Assembly: GCF_043423005.1 (NCBI RefSeq)
Contig: NZ_JBHWMI010000029.1
Location: forward strand, 196-64,195
Length of the DNA stretch: 64,000 nt
Source of the DNA: Qipengyuania sp.
Lineage (GTDB): Bacteria > Pseudomonadota > Alphaproteobacteria > Sphingomonadales > Sphingomonadaceae
Direction of reading: 5' to 3'
The notes beneath the pieces were generated by a model. The model saw only the letters and a program-made list of their open reading frames with translations, did no database searches and was not told the origin of the DNA. The stretch's first letter is position 1; the number at the start of each line of letters is the position of its first letter. This document shows, one piece after another, positions 1 through 9,430 of this stretch. The position numbers were made by a program, and so were the translations under genes.

Positions 1-1218
1 GGCGAGCGCGTCGAGGCGCTGCCTCCCTTGCGCCGCCTGGCGAAGCGCAAGGTCCGCGAGCGCCGGCTGCGCCGCCAGCTGCCCCCGGGCCTCGCGCAGG
101 TGGCGCTGCAGATAGGCCGGCGAAAGGCGCTGGCGCGAGAGCCTGTCGCGCCCACTGGCCGCCCGGTCGAGCAAGCCGCGGCGCAACCGCTCTGCGAGAT
201 CGTCGAGCCTCTGGCGATGGCTTTGCAGCAGAGCATCGGGGCGCGGCAGACGTCCGGCGCGGGCATCAAGCCGCTCCCGCCCGGTGGCGACCGGGCGCAA
301 GGCATAGCGGCGCTGGCGGTGGCGATAATCCGCCAGCGTCGCGGCAAGATCGGCCAGCACGGGAACCGCTATCTCGGCGGCGGCCGTCGGCGTCGGTGCG
401 CGGTGGTCGGCGGCATGGTCTGCCAGGGTCGTATCGGTTTCGTGCCCGACGGCGGAAATTGTCGGGATGGAGCACGCCGCGATCGCGCGAACGACCGCTT
501 CCTCGTTGAAGCTCCACAGATCCTCGATCGAGCCGCCCCCACGGGCGACGATGAGGAGGTCGGGCCGTTGAGGATGACCGGGGGGCAGGGCGCTGAACCC
601 CTCGATCGCCGCAGTGACCTGGCCGGCCGCGCCGGGCCCCTGGACCAGCACCGGCCAGACGATGACCCTGCTCGGAAACCGGTCGGCCAAGCGGTGAAGG
701 ATGTCGCGGATGACCGCCCCTGTGGGTGACGTCACGACGCCGATGGTCGCCGGCAGATAGGGCAAGGGGCGTTTGCGCGAGCGATCGAACAGCCCTTCGG
801 CGGCAAGCCGGGCACGGGTCTTTTCGAGCAACGCCAGCAACGCTCCTTCGCCGGCAAGCTCCATCCGGTCGATCACGATCTGGTATTTCGAGCGCCCGGG
901 ATAGGTCGTCAGCTTGCCGCTGGCGACGACCTCGAGCCCGTCCTCTGGCAGGAACGGCAGCACCTGCGCCGCGCTGCGCCACATGACCCCGTCGATCACC
1001 GCCGCATCGTCCTTGAGACAGGTGTAGAGGTGCCCGCTCGCCGCGCGTTTCACCCCCGACAATTCGCCGCGCAGCCGGACGAAGCCGAAGCGTTCCTCGA
1101 CCGAGCGCTTGAGCAGGGCGGAAATCTCGCTGACCGTGAGCGGGGCGGCGTTGTCGCCGGGATAGCCCTTCGCTACCAATCCCTGATCTCGATCACCGGA
1201 CGGACCATCGATTGCCAT
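1..1218 (-). CDS. xseA: Exodeoxyribonuclease VII large subunit (partial, runs off left edge)
   Basis: Manual minus-strand translation from ATG 1218: [70 protein letters not shown], the typical XseA N-terminus. Absent from the ORF track because no stop lies in the window. Confidence 0.92.
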   Translation of the reverse strand, partial: MAIDGPSGDRDQGLVAKGYPGDNAAPLTVSEISALLKRSVEERFGFVRLRGELSGVKRAASGHLYTCLKDDAAVIDGVMWRSAAQVLPFLPEDGLEVVASGKLTTYPGRSKYQIVIDRMELAGEGALLALLEKTRARLAAEGLFDRSRKRPLPYLPATIGVVTSPTGAVIRDILHRLADRFPSRVIVWPVLVQGPGAAGQVTAAIEGFSALPPGHPQRPDLLIVARGGGSIEDLWSFNEEAVVRAIAACSIPTISAVGHETDTTLADHAADHRAPTPTAAAEIAVPVLADLAATLADYRHRQRRYALRPVATGRERLDARAGRLPRPDALLQSHRQRLDDLAERLRRGLLDRAASGRDRLSRQRLSPAYLQRHLREARGQLAAQPALADLALRQAAQGRQRLDALA

Positions 1219-2497
1219 GAATATCCTTTTGCTGGGCGGGGGCGGACGCGAACATGCGCTTGCCTGGAAGCTGGCGCAATCGCCGCGTTGCGACAAATTG
1301 TGGGCCAGCCCGGGCAATCCGGGCATCGCCGAACACGCGGAAGTCGTGGCGCTGGACCTGGCCGATCACGCGGCGGTGACCGCCTTCTGCGGCGAACATG
1401 GCGTCGATCTCGTCGTCATCGGCCCGGAAGCCCCGCTGGTGGATGGCCTCGCCGACAGTCTGCGGGCGGCAGGCGTCGCTGTCTTCGGACCGTCGGCAGC
1501 GGCGGCGCGGCTCGAGGGGAGCAAGGGCTTCACCAAGGCTCTGTGCGAGCGGGCCGGCATTCCCACCGCGCGTTTCGTCCAGTGCCGCACGCTTGACGAG
1601 GCACAGCCCGCGCTGGCCGGCTTTGCGCCGCCCTATGTCCTCAAGGCCGACGGGCTTGCGGCGGGCAAGGGGGTGGTCATAGCCGAGAGCCGCGCGGAGG
1701 CGGAGCGCGCGTTGGTTGACATGTTCGGGGGCCAGTTCGGCGAGGCCGGCAGCGAGGTCGTCATCGAGGAGTTCCTGACCGGCGAGGAAGCCAGCCTGTT
1801 CGTGCTGACCGATGGCAAGGCCATCGTCCCGCTGGGCTCGGCGCAGGATCACAAGCGGGTGGGCGATGGCGATACCGGTCCCAACACCGGGGGGATGGGC
1901 GCCTATTCGCCCGCCCCGGTGCTGACCCCGGCGCTGACCGAAGAAGCGCTGCGCCGGATCGTCGAACCCACGGTGCGCACGATGCGCGAGGAGGGCATGC
2001 CCTATTCGGGCATCCTCTATGCCGGCCTCATGCTGACCGACAGCGGCCCCCAGCTGATCGAATACAATGCGCGGTTCGGCGATCCCGAATGCCAGGTCCT
2101 GATGATGCGGCTGGAAAGCGATCTTGCCGAGGTGATGCTCGCTTGTGCGCAGGGGCGGCTGGCCGAAGTGCCCGCCCCGGTCATGTCCGATGATGTCGCC
2201 CTCACCGTGGTGGTGGCAGCCAGGGGCTACCCTGGCACACCGGTTGCCGGCGGCGGGATCGAACTTCGCGGAGCGGAGGCGGACGGTGTCCGGGTCTTCC
2301 AGGCGGGAACCCGATCGGAAGGCGGCCGGTTGGTGGCGAGCGGCGGGCGGGTCCTCAACGTGACTGCACTGGGCGCCAGCGTCGGCGAAGCGCATCGCCG
2401 GGCCTATGTTGCCCTCGACGGAATCGACTTTGCCGACGGGTTTTGCCGCCGCGACATCGGCGCCCGCGAAATCCGCCGCGAACAGGGGTCGGCCTAG
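1217..2497 (+). CDS. purD: Phosphoribosylamine-glycine ligase
   Basis: [63 protein letters not shown] motifs. Confidence 0.98.
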   Translation: MNILLLGGGGREHALAWKLAQSPRCDKLWASPGNPGIAEHAEVVALDLADHAAVTAFCGEHGVDLVVIGPEAPLVDGLADSLRAAGVAVFGPSAAAARLEGSKGFTKALCERAGIPTARFVQCRTLDEAQPALAGFAPPYVLKADGLAAGKGVVIAESRAEAERALVDMFGGQFGEAGSEVVIEEFLTGEEASLFVLTDGKAIVPLGSAQDHKRVGDGDTGPNTGGMGAYSPAPVLTPALTEEALRRIVEPTVRTMREEGMPYSGILYAGLMLTDSGPQLIEYNARFGDPECQVLMMRLESDLAEVMLACAQGRLAEVPAPVMSDDVALTVVVAARGYPGTPVAGGGIELRGAEADGVRVFQAGTRSEGGRLVASGGRVLNVTALGASVGEAHRRAYVALDGIDFADGFCRRDIGAREIRREQGSA

Positions 2498-3177
2498 TCC
2501 ACCCAGCGCCAGATCCCGGCAGGAATGCCGCCGGCCCGGATATGCCACCAGGTCATGCCGAGCCAACCCACCAGAGCGATCAGCCACAGCCCGATGCCGA
2601 CGCCGCGAAATCCGGACAGCTGCGGCCAATAGGTGGTCCGCGCCTCCCAGCCGGACCAGTCCGCGCCCATCAGGACCTCCTTCTTGCGATCCTGCAGGCG
2701 TGCGCCGACCAGCGCAAGGACAAGCACGGCGAGTGCCACGATGGTCGTCCGCCAGCTCCACAGGAGCACGAGATGGGCCAGAGCCCACAAGGCAAAGCCC
2801 CACATCATCGGGTGACGGGTGATCCGGAACACGCCGTGCGGCTCGGCCGCGGCAAGCCTGCCCGCGCCCGGAGCAGGGAAGGCAGGGTTGCGGCGAAGCG
2901 AGCCTGCGAACAGCACCAGCGCCGGAATGGTCAGCAGGCTGGCGATGATCCACCCACCCTCGCCCGAACCCGGCAGATCGGCCGCCGGAGCCGCAGTAAA
3001 AGCAAGATACATCCAGGTGATACAGCCGAGCGCGACCAGGCTGTAGACCAAGGTAAAGCCCGTTTCACACAGGCTCCGCACCAGCGGGCTGCGCAAGGGA
3101 TGCGACAGCGCGAAATGGGTGCCGACCAGCGCGATCGACGCCGCCGCGAGCGAAAGCAGGGCACTGTCCTCGGTCAT
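2494..3177 (-). CDS. NnrU-family membrane protein
   Basis: Hydrophobic 227 aa with [10 protein letters not shown] and [18 protein letters not shown] motifs. Confidence 0.8.
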   Translation of the reverse strand: MTEDSALLSLAAASIALVGTHFALSHPLRSPLVRSLCETGFTLVYSLVALGCITWMYLAFTAAPAADLPGSGEGGWIIASLLTIPALVLFAGSLRRNPAFPAPGAGRLAAAEPHGVFRITRHPMMWGFALWALAHLVLLWSWRTTIVALAVLVLALVGARLQDRKKEVLMGADWSGWEARTTYWPQLSGFRGVGIGLWLIALVGWLGMTWWHIRAGGIPAGIWRWVD

Positions 3178-3242
3178 CGCCGGACCCTTCAGCAGGCGTG
3201 CGAACCTGCGGCGTCAGTATCAGAGCGGCGCTGCCGCCACAA

Positions 3243-3758
3243 TCAGTCTGCGCGCGGCCCGATCGCGATCAGCTGGACCTTGAACAGCAGGGTCGCGCCG
3301 CCCGGGATCGGCCCCTTGCCGACCGGACCATAGGCAAGGCCCGCCGGCGCGGCGATCTCGATCGTGTCGCCCACCCCCATTTGCGGAATGGCCAGTTGCC
3401 AGGCCTTGATCAGTCTGCCCAGCGGGAAGGTCGCCGGCTCACCCCGCTCGAACGAGCTGTCGAAGGTTTCGCCGTCGATGAAAGTTCCGGCGTAATGCAC
3501 CGTTACCGTATCCTCGACACGCGGGTGCGGGCCCGCGCCATCGCCGGCCACGCGCCGCCATGCGCCGCCGCCGGGCAGGGGCTGCCACCCGGCTTCGCTC
3601 TTCAGCCCTGACAGGTAGGCTTGCTGCGCACTCATCCAGGCCAGATCCTGCGACCGGTCCGGCCCCCGCTCCTGGGCGGTTGCGGCGTAAAGGCCGACCG
3701 TGGCGAAGGCACCGAGAAGCGCAAGACCCGTCCCCCGCATCTCGCGTGCGAAACTCAC
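3243..3758 (-). CDS. FKBP-type peptidyl-prolyl cis-trans isomerase
   Basis: VTVHYAGTFIDGETFDSS, LIKAWQLAIPQMGVG, AYG...IPGGATLLFKVQL; N-terminal signal-like segment. Confidence 0.93.
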   Translation of the reverse strand: MSFAREMRGTGLALLGAFATVGLYAATAQERGPDRSQDLAWMSAQQAYLSGLKSEAGWQPLPGGGAWRRVAGDGAGPHPRVEDTVTVHYAGTFIDGETFDSSFERGEPATFPLGRLIKAWQLAIPQMGVGDTIEIAAPAGLAYGPVGKGPIPGGATLLFKVQLIAIGPRAD

Positions 3759-5149
3759 CAGTCGTAGGCCTTGGGCAGTGTGCTTTCGTCAAGATCGCGG
3801 TAGCGTTCCTTGAGGCGGCTCTGATGGTTGTCGAGCGGCTGTTCGATGCCATCGATGAACACCCGCACCGGCATCGAGCCCGCCTCGAGCGGATCGCCGT
3901 CCCACAGCACGACGTCCCCGGCCGCCCCTGCTGCAAGCGATCCGGCCCGTCCACGAAGGCCGCTGATCTCGGCCGGGACCGAGGTGATCGTGGCGAACGC
4001 CTGCCCCCAGGTCAGCCCGTCTGCCCCGGGCAACCGGGCGAGAGCGACGAGATTGCCGGCGTACTGGTTGAGGTTGCGCGGGTTCTCCATCGCCGAAGCG
4101 TTGATGGCGACCTTGACGCCGGCCTTGACCATGCGGCCGATGTTGCTCTGCGTGGCGGCGAGCTGCTCGAAGCTTTGCGGCAGGTCGTCGAGCCCATCGG
4201 CGATAACCGGGATACCGGCGGCCGCGATTTCGTTCGCCACCAGCCAGCCTTCGCTGGCGCCGACAAGCACCATGTCCAGCCGGGGGAACTCCTGCTTCAG
4301 CGCCAGCACGCTGCGGATGTCCGAGGCGCGCTCCACCATGACATAGAGCCGCTGGGTCCCGCGCACGACCGGCACCAGCGCCGCGGCATCGAACCGGGTG
4401 AGCAGGACGTCAGTCCCGCGATCTTCCGGCCCGCGCAGGAGGCGGCTGTCGATGGCGATATCGTCACCAAGGCTGACATCGCCGCCGCGCATGCCGGCCC
4501 CGCTGATCGCCTGGTTGCGATCGTAGTCCAGCGCCTCGCGCAAGGCATTGCGGAACAGCGCATGGGCCGAAGCGCGGCTGCCGCCCGACAAGCGGGCACC
4601 ATCCTCGCCGAGAGCGACGATCTGGAATGCCCGCGCCCGGGTGATCGGCTGGCCATCGGCGCCAAGGTCGATGATCGCCCCCTGCCCGCCGAAGATCGAC
4701 GAGGACGGCATCGTCGCCGTCGCCGCGCGGGTGATCCCGGCCGCCCGGTGAACGAGAATATGCTGCGAGTTGGGATTGACCACCGGGGCGGCATCGAGCG
4801 CCGCGCTGAACGGCGAGCTGCCGGCCCGGATATCGTTGGATTCGCTCACGGCGGAGACATCGTAGAGGCCGAGCGAGGTGACGCTGGCGACCAGCCCCGG
4901 CGTCACCCACATGCCGGTGCCGTCGATCCGCTGGAGGCCTTCGGCGGCAACCGTGCTGCCGACGGCGGCGATCCGTCCGCCGCGCACGACCACGCTGGCG
5001 TTCTCGACCGGTTCGCTGCCATCGCCGGCGGCGACGGTGGCATTCTCGATGACGAAGTCCTGCGCGGCGACCGGCGCCGCGAGGGCACCGGCACCGATCA
5101 TGCAGGCCATGGCGAAGAGGCGGCGGCGGGGCGCAGCGGGGCGGTTCAT
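3755..5149 (-). CDS. Amidohydrolase-family protein (secreted; metal ligands appear degenerate)
   Basis: IDGTGMWVTPGL but no HxH, C-terminal GSLAAGAAGDVVLWDGDPL. ATG 5149 overlaps the upstream gene's stop. Confidence 0.8.
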   Translation of the reverse strand: MNRPAAPRRRLFAMACMIGAGALAAPVAAQDFVIENATVAAGDGSEPVENASVVVRGGRIAAVGSTVAAEGLQRIDGTGMWVTPGLVASVTSLGLYDVSAVSESNDIRAGSSPFSAALDAAPVVNPNSQHILVHRAAGITRAATATMPSSSIFGGQGAIIDLGADGQPITRARAFQIVALGEDGARLSGGSRASAHALFRNALREALDYDRNQAISGAGMRGGDVSLGDDIAIDSRLLRGPEDRGTDVLLTRFDAAALVPVVRGTQRLYVMVERASDIRSVLALKQEFPRLDMVLVGASEGWLVANEIAAAGIPVIADGLDDLPQSFEQLAATQSNIGRMVKAGVKVAINASAMENPRNLNQYAGNLVALARLPGADGLTWGQAFATITSVPAEISGLRGRAGSLAAGAAGDVVLWDGDPLEAGSMPVRVFIDGIEQPLDNHQSRLKERYRDLDESTLPKAYDW

Positions 5150-6516
5150 TTCACGTCTCCTTCGCCGGGCTGGCCGAGTTCGAAATCGCTGACCGGTCGC
5201 CGCTTGGGATCGAGCGCATCGAACAGCAGCGCGCCATCGACCCACACTTTCTCCGGACGGGAATAGACGCTCAGCGGATCGCCGTTCCACAGCACCACAT
5301 CCGCCATCTTGCCCGGCTCGAGGCTGCCGGTCACGTCACCGATGCCCATAGCCTTGGCAGCGTTGAGCGTGAACCAGCTGACCACCTCGGCATCGGGAAT
5401 GTTCATCCCCATGCGCTGGCCGGCGGCCTGTGCCTTGGCGGCTTCCTGGTTCAGGCGCTGGATCCCGTTGGCATCGTCGGAGTGGATGACGACGCAGGCG
5501 CCGGCCTTCTGCAAGAGCGCGGCGTTCTCAAGGATGCCATCATAGGATTCCATCTTGAAGCCGTACCAGTCGGCCCAGATCGCGCTGCACACGCCGTTTT
5601 CGCGCAGCAGGTCGCCAATCTTGTAAGCTTCGACCGCGTGGTGGAATGCGGCGACCTTGTAGCCGAACTCCTTCGCCATATCGAGGACCAGGGCCATCTC
5701 GTCGGCACGATAGCAATGGTTCTGGATCAGGATTTCACCGTCCAGCACGCCGGCCAGCGTTTCCTTGCCCAAATCGCGCTCGGAGCGGTCGCCGTCAGCA
5801 TATTTGCGCGCGTCGAGCCAGGTCTGGCGATTGACCGCGAAGTTACCCATCCGGGTCGACGGCATCCGGCCCTTGCCGCCATAGACGCGCTTGGGGTTTT
5901 CGCCGCAGGCCATCTTGAGGCCATAGGGCGCACCGGGAAACTTCATTCCCTGAACCGTGCGTGAGGGCACGTTCTTGAGCGTGACCGAGCGCCCGCCCAT
6001 GAGGTTGGCCGACCCGGGCAGGATCTGCAGTGCCGTTACCCCGCCGTTGGCAAGGGCGCGCGAAAAGCCGGGATCCTGCGGCCAGACCGAATGTTCGGCC
6101 CAGACTTCCGGCGTGGTCGGATCGGTCGCCTCGTTGCCGTCCTCATGCGCATCGACCGATGGCGTGGGATAATCGCCCAGGTGCGAGTGGATGTCGATCA
6201 CCCCGGGGGTGACGAATTTGCCAGTACCGTCGACCCGGTCATAGCCGTCGGTCGAAAGGGCGGCGTCGCCGATGCCGACGATCTCGCCATCGCGAAACAG
6301 GACGGTGCCGTTGTCGATCCGCCCGCCCTTGCCGTCATAGACCGTCGCGCCGACCAGCGCGGTGGGGCGGCCGGGATAGCGCGTGTAGGTGGAGGCGTAG
6401 GGGGCATCGCTGCTGGCTGCGGCCGCGCTGCGCGGGCGTGCGTCCTCGTTCGCGGTCGAACATGCGGCAAGGGCGAGTGCGCCCACGCCGACCGTCAGTC
6501 TTGCCAATGCTCTCAC
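5146..6516 (-). CDS. Amidohydrolase-family lipoprotein
   Basis: TPGVIDIHSHLG (HxH), KMACGENPKRVYG, GSLEPGKMADVVLWNGDP; lipobox LAAC; GTG start at 6516 after GGGGAG. Confidence 0.85.
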   Translation of the reverse strand: MRALARLTVGVGALALAACSTANEDARPRSAAAASSDAPYASTYTRYPGRPTALVGATVYDGKGGRIDNGTVLFRDGEIVGIGDAALSTDGYDRVDGTGKFVTPGVIDIHSHLGDYPTPSVDAHEDGNEATDPTTPEVWAEHSVWPQDPGFSRALANGGVTALQILPGSANLMGGRSVTLKNVPSRTVQGMKFPGAPYGLKMACGENPKRVYGGKGRMPSTRMGNFAVNRQTWLDARKYADGDRSERDLGKETLAGVLDGEILIQNHCYRADEMALVLDMAKEFGYKVAAFHHAVEAYKIGDLLRENGVCSAIWADWYGFKMESYDGILENAALLQKAGACVVIHSDDANGIQRLNQEAAKAQAAGQRMGMNIPDAEVVSWFTLNAAKAMGIGDVTGSLEPGKMADVVLWNGDPLSVYSRPEKVWVDGALLFDALDPKRRPVSDFELGQPGEGDVK

Positions 6517-6562
6517 GCTGATCTCCCCCGCTTGGCCCGCCTGCCGCGCGCACACATGCTAA

Positions 6563-6589
6563 GGGGCAGGACTTTCACAGCCCTGCCCC
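6563..6589 (-). terminator. Hairpin downstream of the POT transporter gene (possible terminator)
   Basis: GGGGCAGG...CCTGCCCC inverted repeat; short U tract only. Confidence 0.4.
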
Positions 6590-6619
6590 CGCGTAGTCAA
6601 TGCCGTTCGTCGAAAACCC

Positions 6620-8485
6620 TCAACGGGTATGGTCGGTGCCGCCCGGTACCTGCGGGCTGGTGGCCGGATGCATGCCGGCCTCCTGCGGCTCGATGCCGGC
6701 CTGGCTCTGTCCTTCCAGATCGTCGCCGACATCGTCGTCACGCAGCGTGTCGAGATGCATCAGCCGCTTGATCAGCGGGCTGAGCACCATGACCGCCACA
6801 CCGATGACGACGGCATACCAGCCGACGGTGGAGTAGACATCGAGGACTACCTGCTTGCCGGCTTCCTCGCCGACCCCTTCGGCACCGGTCGCCGCCGCGA
6901 TCAGGCCGGCTGCGAAATTGCCGGTCGCCGAGGCGAAGAACCAGGTGCCCATGATCAGGCTGGCCATGTGTGCCGGGCTCAGCCGGTTCATGGCCGAAAG
7001 CCCGACAGGCGAGAGGCACAGTTCGCCGGTCGTGTGCAGCAGGTAGATGAGGAAGATGAATGCCACCGGCACGGCGACATTCACCCCGACCGATTCGGCG
7101 CCCCAGACCAGTACCAGGAAGCCCAGCCCGACCTGAACGATCGCAAGACCGAACTTGAGCGGGGTCGAAGGCTCCATGCCGCGCCGGCCGAGGAACTGCC
7201 ACAGACCCGCGAACAGCGGCGCCAGCAACACGATGTAGATCGCATTGATCGACTGGAACATCGAGGCGTTGACGCCTTGCGTATCGACATGGCGATCGGT
7301 GAACAGGTTGAGGCTCGAGCCGGCCTGTTCGAACAGGGCCCAGAACACGATCGAGGCGAGGATCAGGAACATCGCCGAGAAAATCCGATCGCGCTCTTCG
7401 AATGCCTTGGCCATCGACTGCTGGATTAGAACTGCCACCAGCACGGCAAACCCGCCGAGCGCGACAGAAACCATAGGTTCGTTGCCAAGAGCGGCCAGTA
7501 CGATACCTACGATCATCGTTACTGCCGCAGCCAGGTAGATCATGAACGGTCCCTGCGGGGCCGCTTTCCATGATCCGTAAGCCATCTTGAAGGTGACGAT
7601 GGCAAGCACATAGGCAACTAGCGCCCCCCCAAACGCGCCAAGAACAGTTCCAACCAGCTCCTGGAACTGGATCGCCGCCCAGCACAACGCGACCATCGCG
7701 AGGCCGGCGCCGTAGATCGCGTACTCCTTGCCGCCGCGGATCTTTGCCGGATCCTTGGGCTCGCCCCGGCCGAGGAGGAGGGGCTTGCCGAGAACGAAGA
7801 AGACGAGGCCGATCAGCATGCCGAAACCGGCAAGGCCGAACCCGTACTGCCAGCCATAGGTCTGGCCGAGGTAGCCGCATATGATCGACGCGGTCGCCGC
7901 GCCGACGTTGATGCCCATGTAGAAGATCGTGTAGGCGGGATCGCGGCGGACGTCGGTGCGCGAATAGAGCTGGCCGACGATGACCGAGATGTTGGCCTTG
8001 AGGAAGCCCGAGCCGACGATGATCAGCGCCAGGGCCAGCCAGAAGACGTTGATGACGGGATCGGCCTGGCCGCCGCTGCCCTCGAACGCCATGAAGAAGT
8101 GACCGATCGTCAGCAGCACGGCCCCGAACAGCACCGCCTTGCGCTGGCCCAGATACTGGTCGGCCAGATAACCGCCGACCACCGGGGTAATGTAGACCAG
8201 CGCGGTGTAGGCACCGTAGATGATCGAGGCTTCGCTGTCGGAGAAAAGCCAGTGCTGAACCAGGTAGAAGATCAGCAGCGCGCGCATCCCGTAATAGGAG
8301 AAACGCTCCCACATTTCGGCCATGAACAGCAGGAAAAGGCCCTTGGGATGCCCGATCACTTCCGGCTGCGGCCGGGTTATCAGGACGACGCCGCCGATGA
8401 GAAACGCGGCCAGGGCAATCGCTGCGATGCGGAACGCCCACATCTCGAATGCCGAACCGAACGTGAAGAAAAGGCCCTCTACCAT
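6620..8485 (-). CDS. Proton-dependent oligopeptide transporter (POT/PTR family)
   Basis: GHPKGLFLLFMAEMWERFSYYGMRA (ExxERFxYYG), FYMGINVGA, ELCLSPVGLS. Confidence 0.95.
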   Translation of the reverse strand: MVEGLFFTFGSAFEMWAFRIAAIALAAFLIGGVVLITRPQPEVIGHPKGLFLLFMAEMWERFSYYGMRALLIFYLVQHWLFSDSEASIIYGAYTALVYITPVVGGYLADQYLGQRKAVLFGAVLLTIGHFFMAFEGSGGQADPVINVFWLALALIIVGSGFLKANISVIVGQLYSRTDVRRDPAYTIFYMGINVGAATASIICGYLGQTYGWQYGFGLAGFGMLIGLVFFVLGKPLLLGRGEPKDPAKIRGGKEYAIYGAGLAMVALCWAAIQFQELVGTVLGAFGGALVAYVLAIVTFKMAYGSWKAAPQGPFMIYLAAAVTMIVGIVLAALGNEPMVSVALGGFAVLVAVLIQQSMAKAFEERDRIFSAMFLILASIVFWALFEQAGSSLNLFTDRHVDTQGVNASMFQSINAIYIVLLAPLFAGLWQFLGRRGMEPSTPLKFGLAIVQVGLGFLVLVWGAESVGVNVAVPVAFIFLIYLLHTTGELCLSPVGLSAMNRLSPAHMASLIMGTWFFASATGNFAAGLIAAATGAEGVGEEAGKQVVLDVYSTVGWYAVVIGVAVMVLSPLIKRLMHLDTLRDDDVGDDLEGQSQAGIEPQEAGMHPATSPQVPGGTDHTR

Positions 8486-8664
8486 GGGACGCCGGTATCC
8501 TCTTTGCTATGCCCCGTGACGAGGCCCCCTTGCCGATTGGTGCCGCACCCTAGCGGCGAAAATCGTGCTGTGAAGCTTTTGTTGAGCGGCGTCCCCGGCG
8601 GCCCTTGCACGCCCGGCTGTGTTATGTCACTACAGCACTATGTCCGAAACGCGGCGCACCATCC

Positions 8665-9012
8665 ATGCCTAGCCAGGCCCGCCCGGTTTATCTGCGGCTG
8701 CGCGAACAGATTGCCGCGGCGATCATGGACGGCGCCTATCCCGAAGGCGAAATGCTGCCCTCGGTCCGGGCCCTGGCGGCCGAACAATCGGCCAACCCGC
8801 TGACGGTCGCCAAGGCCTATCAGCAGTTTCAGGACGATGGCCTGATCGAGGTCCAGCGCGGGGTCGGCATGTATGTCGTGCCGGGCGCTGCGGCACGGCT
8901 CCGACAGCAGGAACGGCAGCTGTTTCTCAAGGAAGAATGGCCCCATATCCGTGCCCGGATCGCGCGGCTCGGGCTTGTACCCGACGATCTGCTGGCAGAT
9001 GCGGGTTCCTGA
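8665..9012 (+). CDS. GntR-family (YtrA-like) transcriptional regulator
   Basis: PVYLRLREQIAAAI...LPSVRALA...ANPLTVAKAYQQF...RGVGMYV. Confidence 0.9.
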   Translation: MPSQARPVYLRLREQIAAAIMDGAYPEGEMLPSVRALAAEQSANPLTVAKAYQQFQDDGLIEVQRGVGMYVVPGAAARLRQQERQLFLKEEWPHIRARIARLGLVPDDLLADAGS

Positions 9013-9019
9013 TGCGACG

Positions 9020-9051
9020 GCCCGGCCCCTCAATTGGCCGGGCAGCCTTTT
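9020..9051 (+). terminator. Probable intrinsic terminator after gntR
   Basis: GCCCGGCC-8 nt-GGCCGGGC followed by AGCCTTTT. Confidence 0.5.
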
Positions 9052-9151
9052 CCGTTCATGATATTTGTTATACGGGCGGCGCATCACCACGGCCGCGTGG
9101 CCGCAGATCACGAACAGGGGTCCGCCCTGTCACCATGAAGGGCACCAGACG

Positions 9152-9430
9152 ATGATCCGATCCGAACTGCTCGCTGCAATCGCGCTCGAGAACCCGGGAT
9201 TGAGGGCCGAGGAGGTGGAACAGGTGGTCGACATCTTCTTCGAGGAGATCTCGCGCCGGCTGGCAGAAGGCGGGCGGGTGGAATTGCGCGGCTTCGGCGC
9301 CTTCTCGACCCGCGAGCGGGACCCGCGCGTCGGCCGCAATCCGCGCACCGGTGACGCAGTGGAGGTGCCGGCCAAGCGGGTGCCCTATTTCAAGCCCGGC
9401 AAGGAAATCCGCGACCGTCTCAACGATTGA
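9152..9430 (+). CDS. ihfB: Integration host factor beta subunit
   Basis: MIRSELL...[13 protein letters not shown]...GRNPRTG...[15 protein letters not shown]. Confidence 0.93.
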   Translation: MIRSELLAAIALENPGLRAEEVEQVVDIFFEEISRRLAEGGRVELRGFGAFSTRERDPRVGRNPRTGDAVEVPAKRVPYFKPGKEIRDRLND

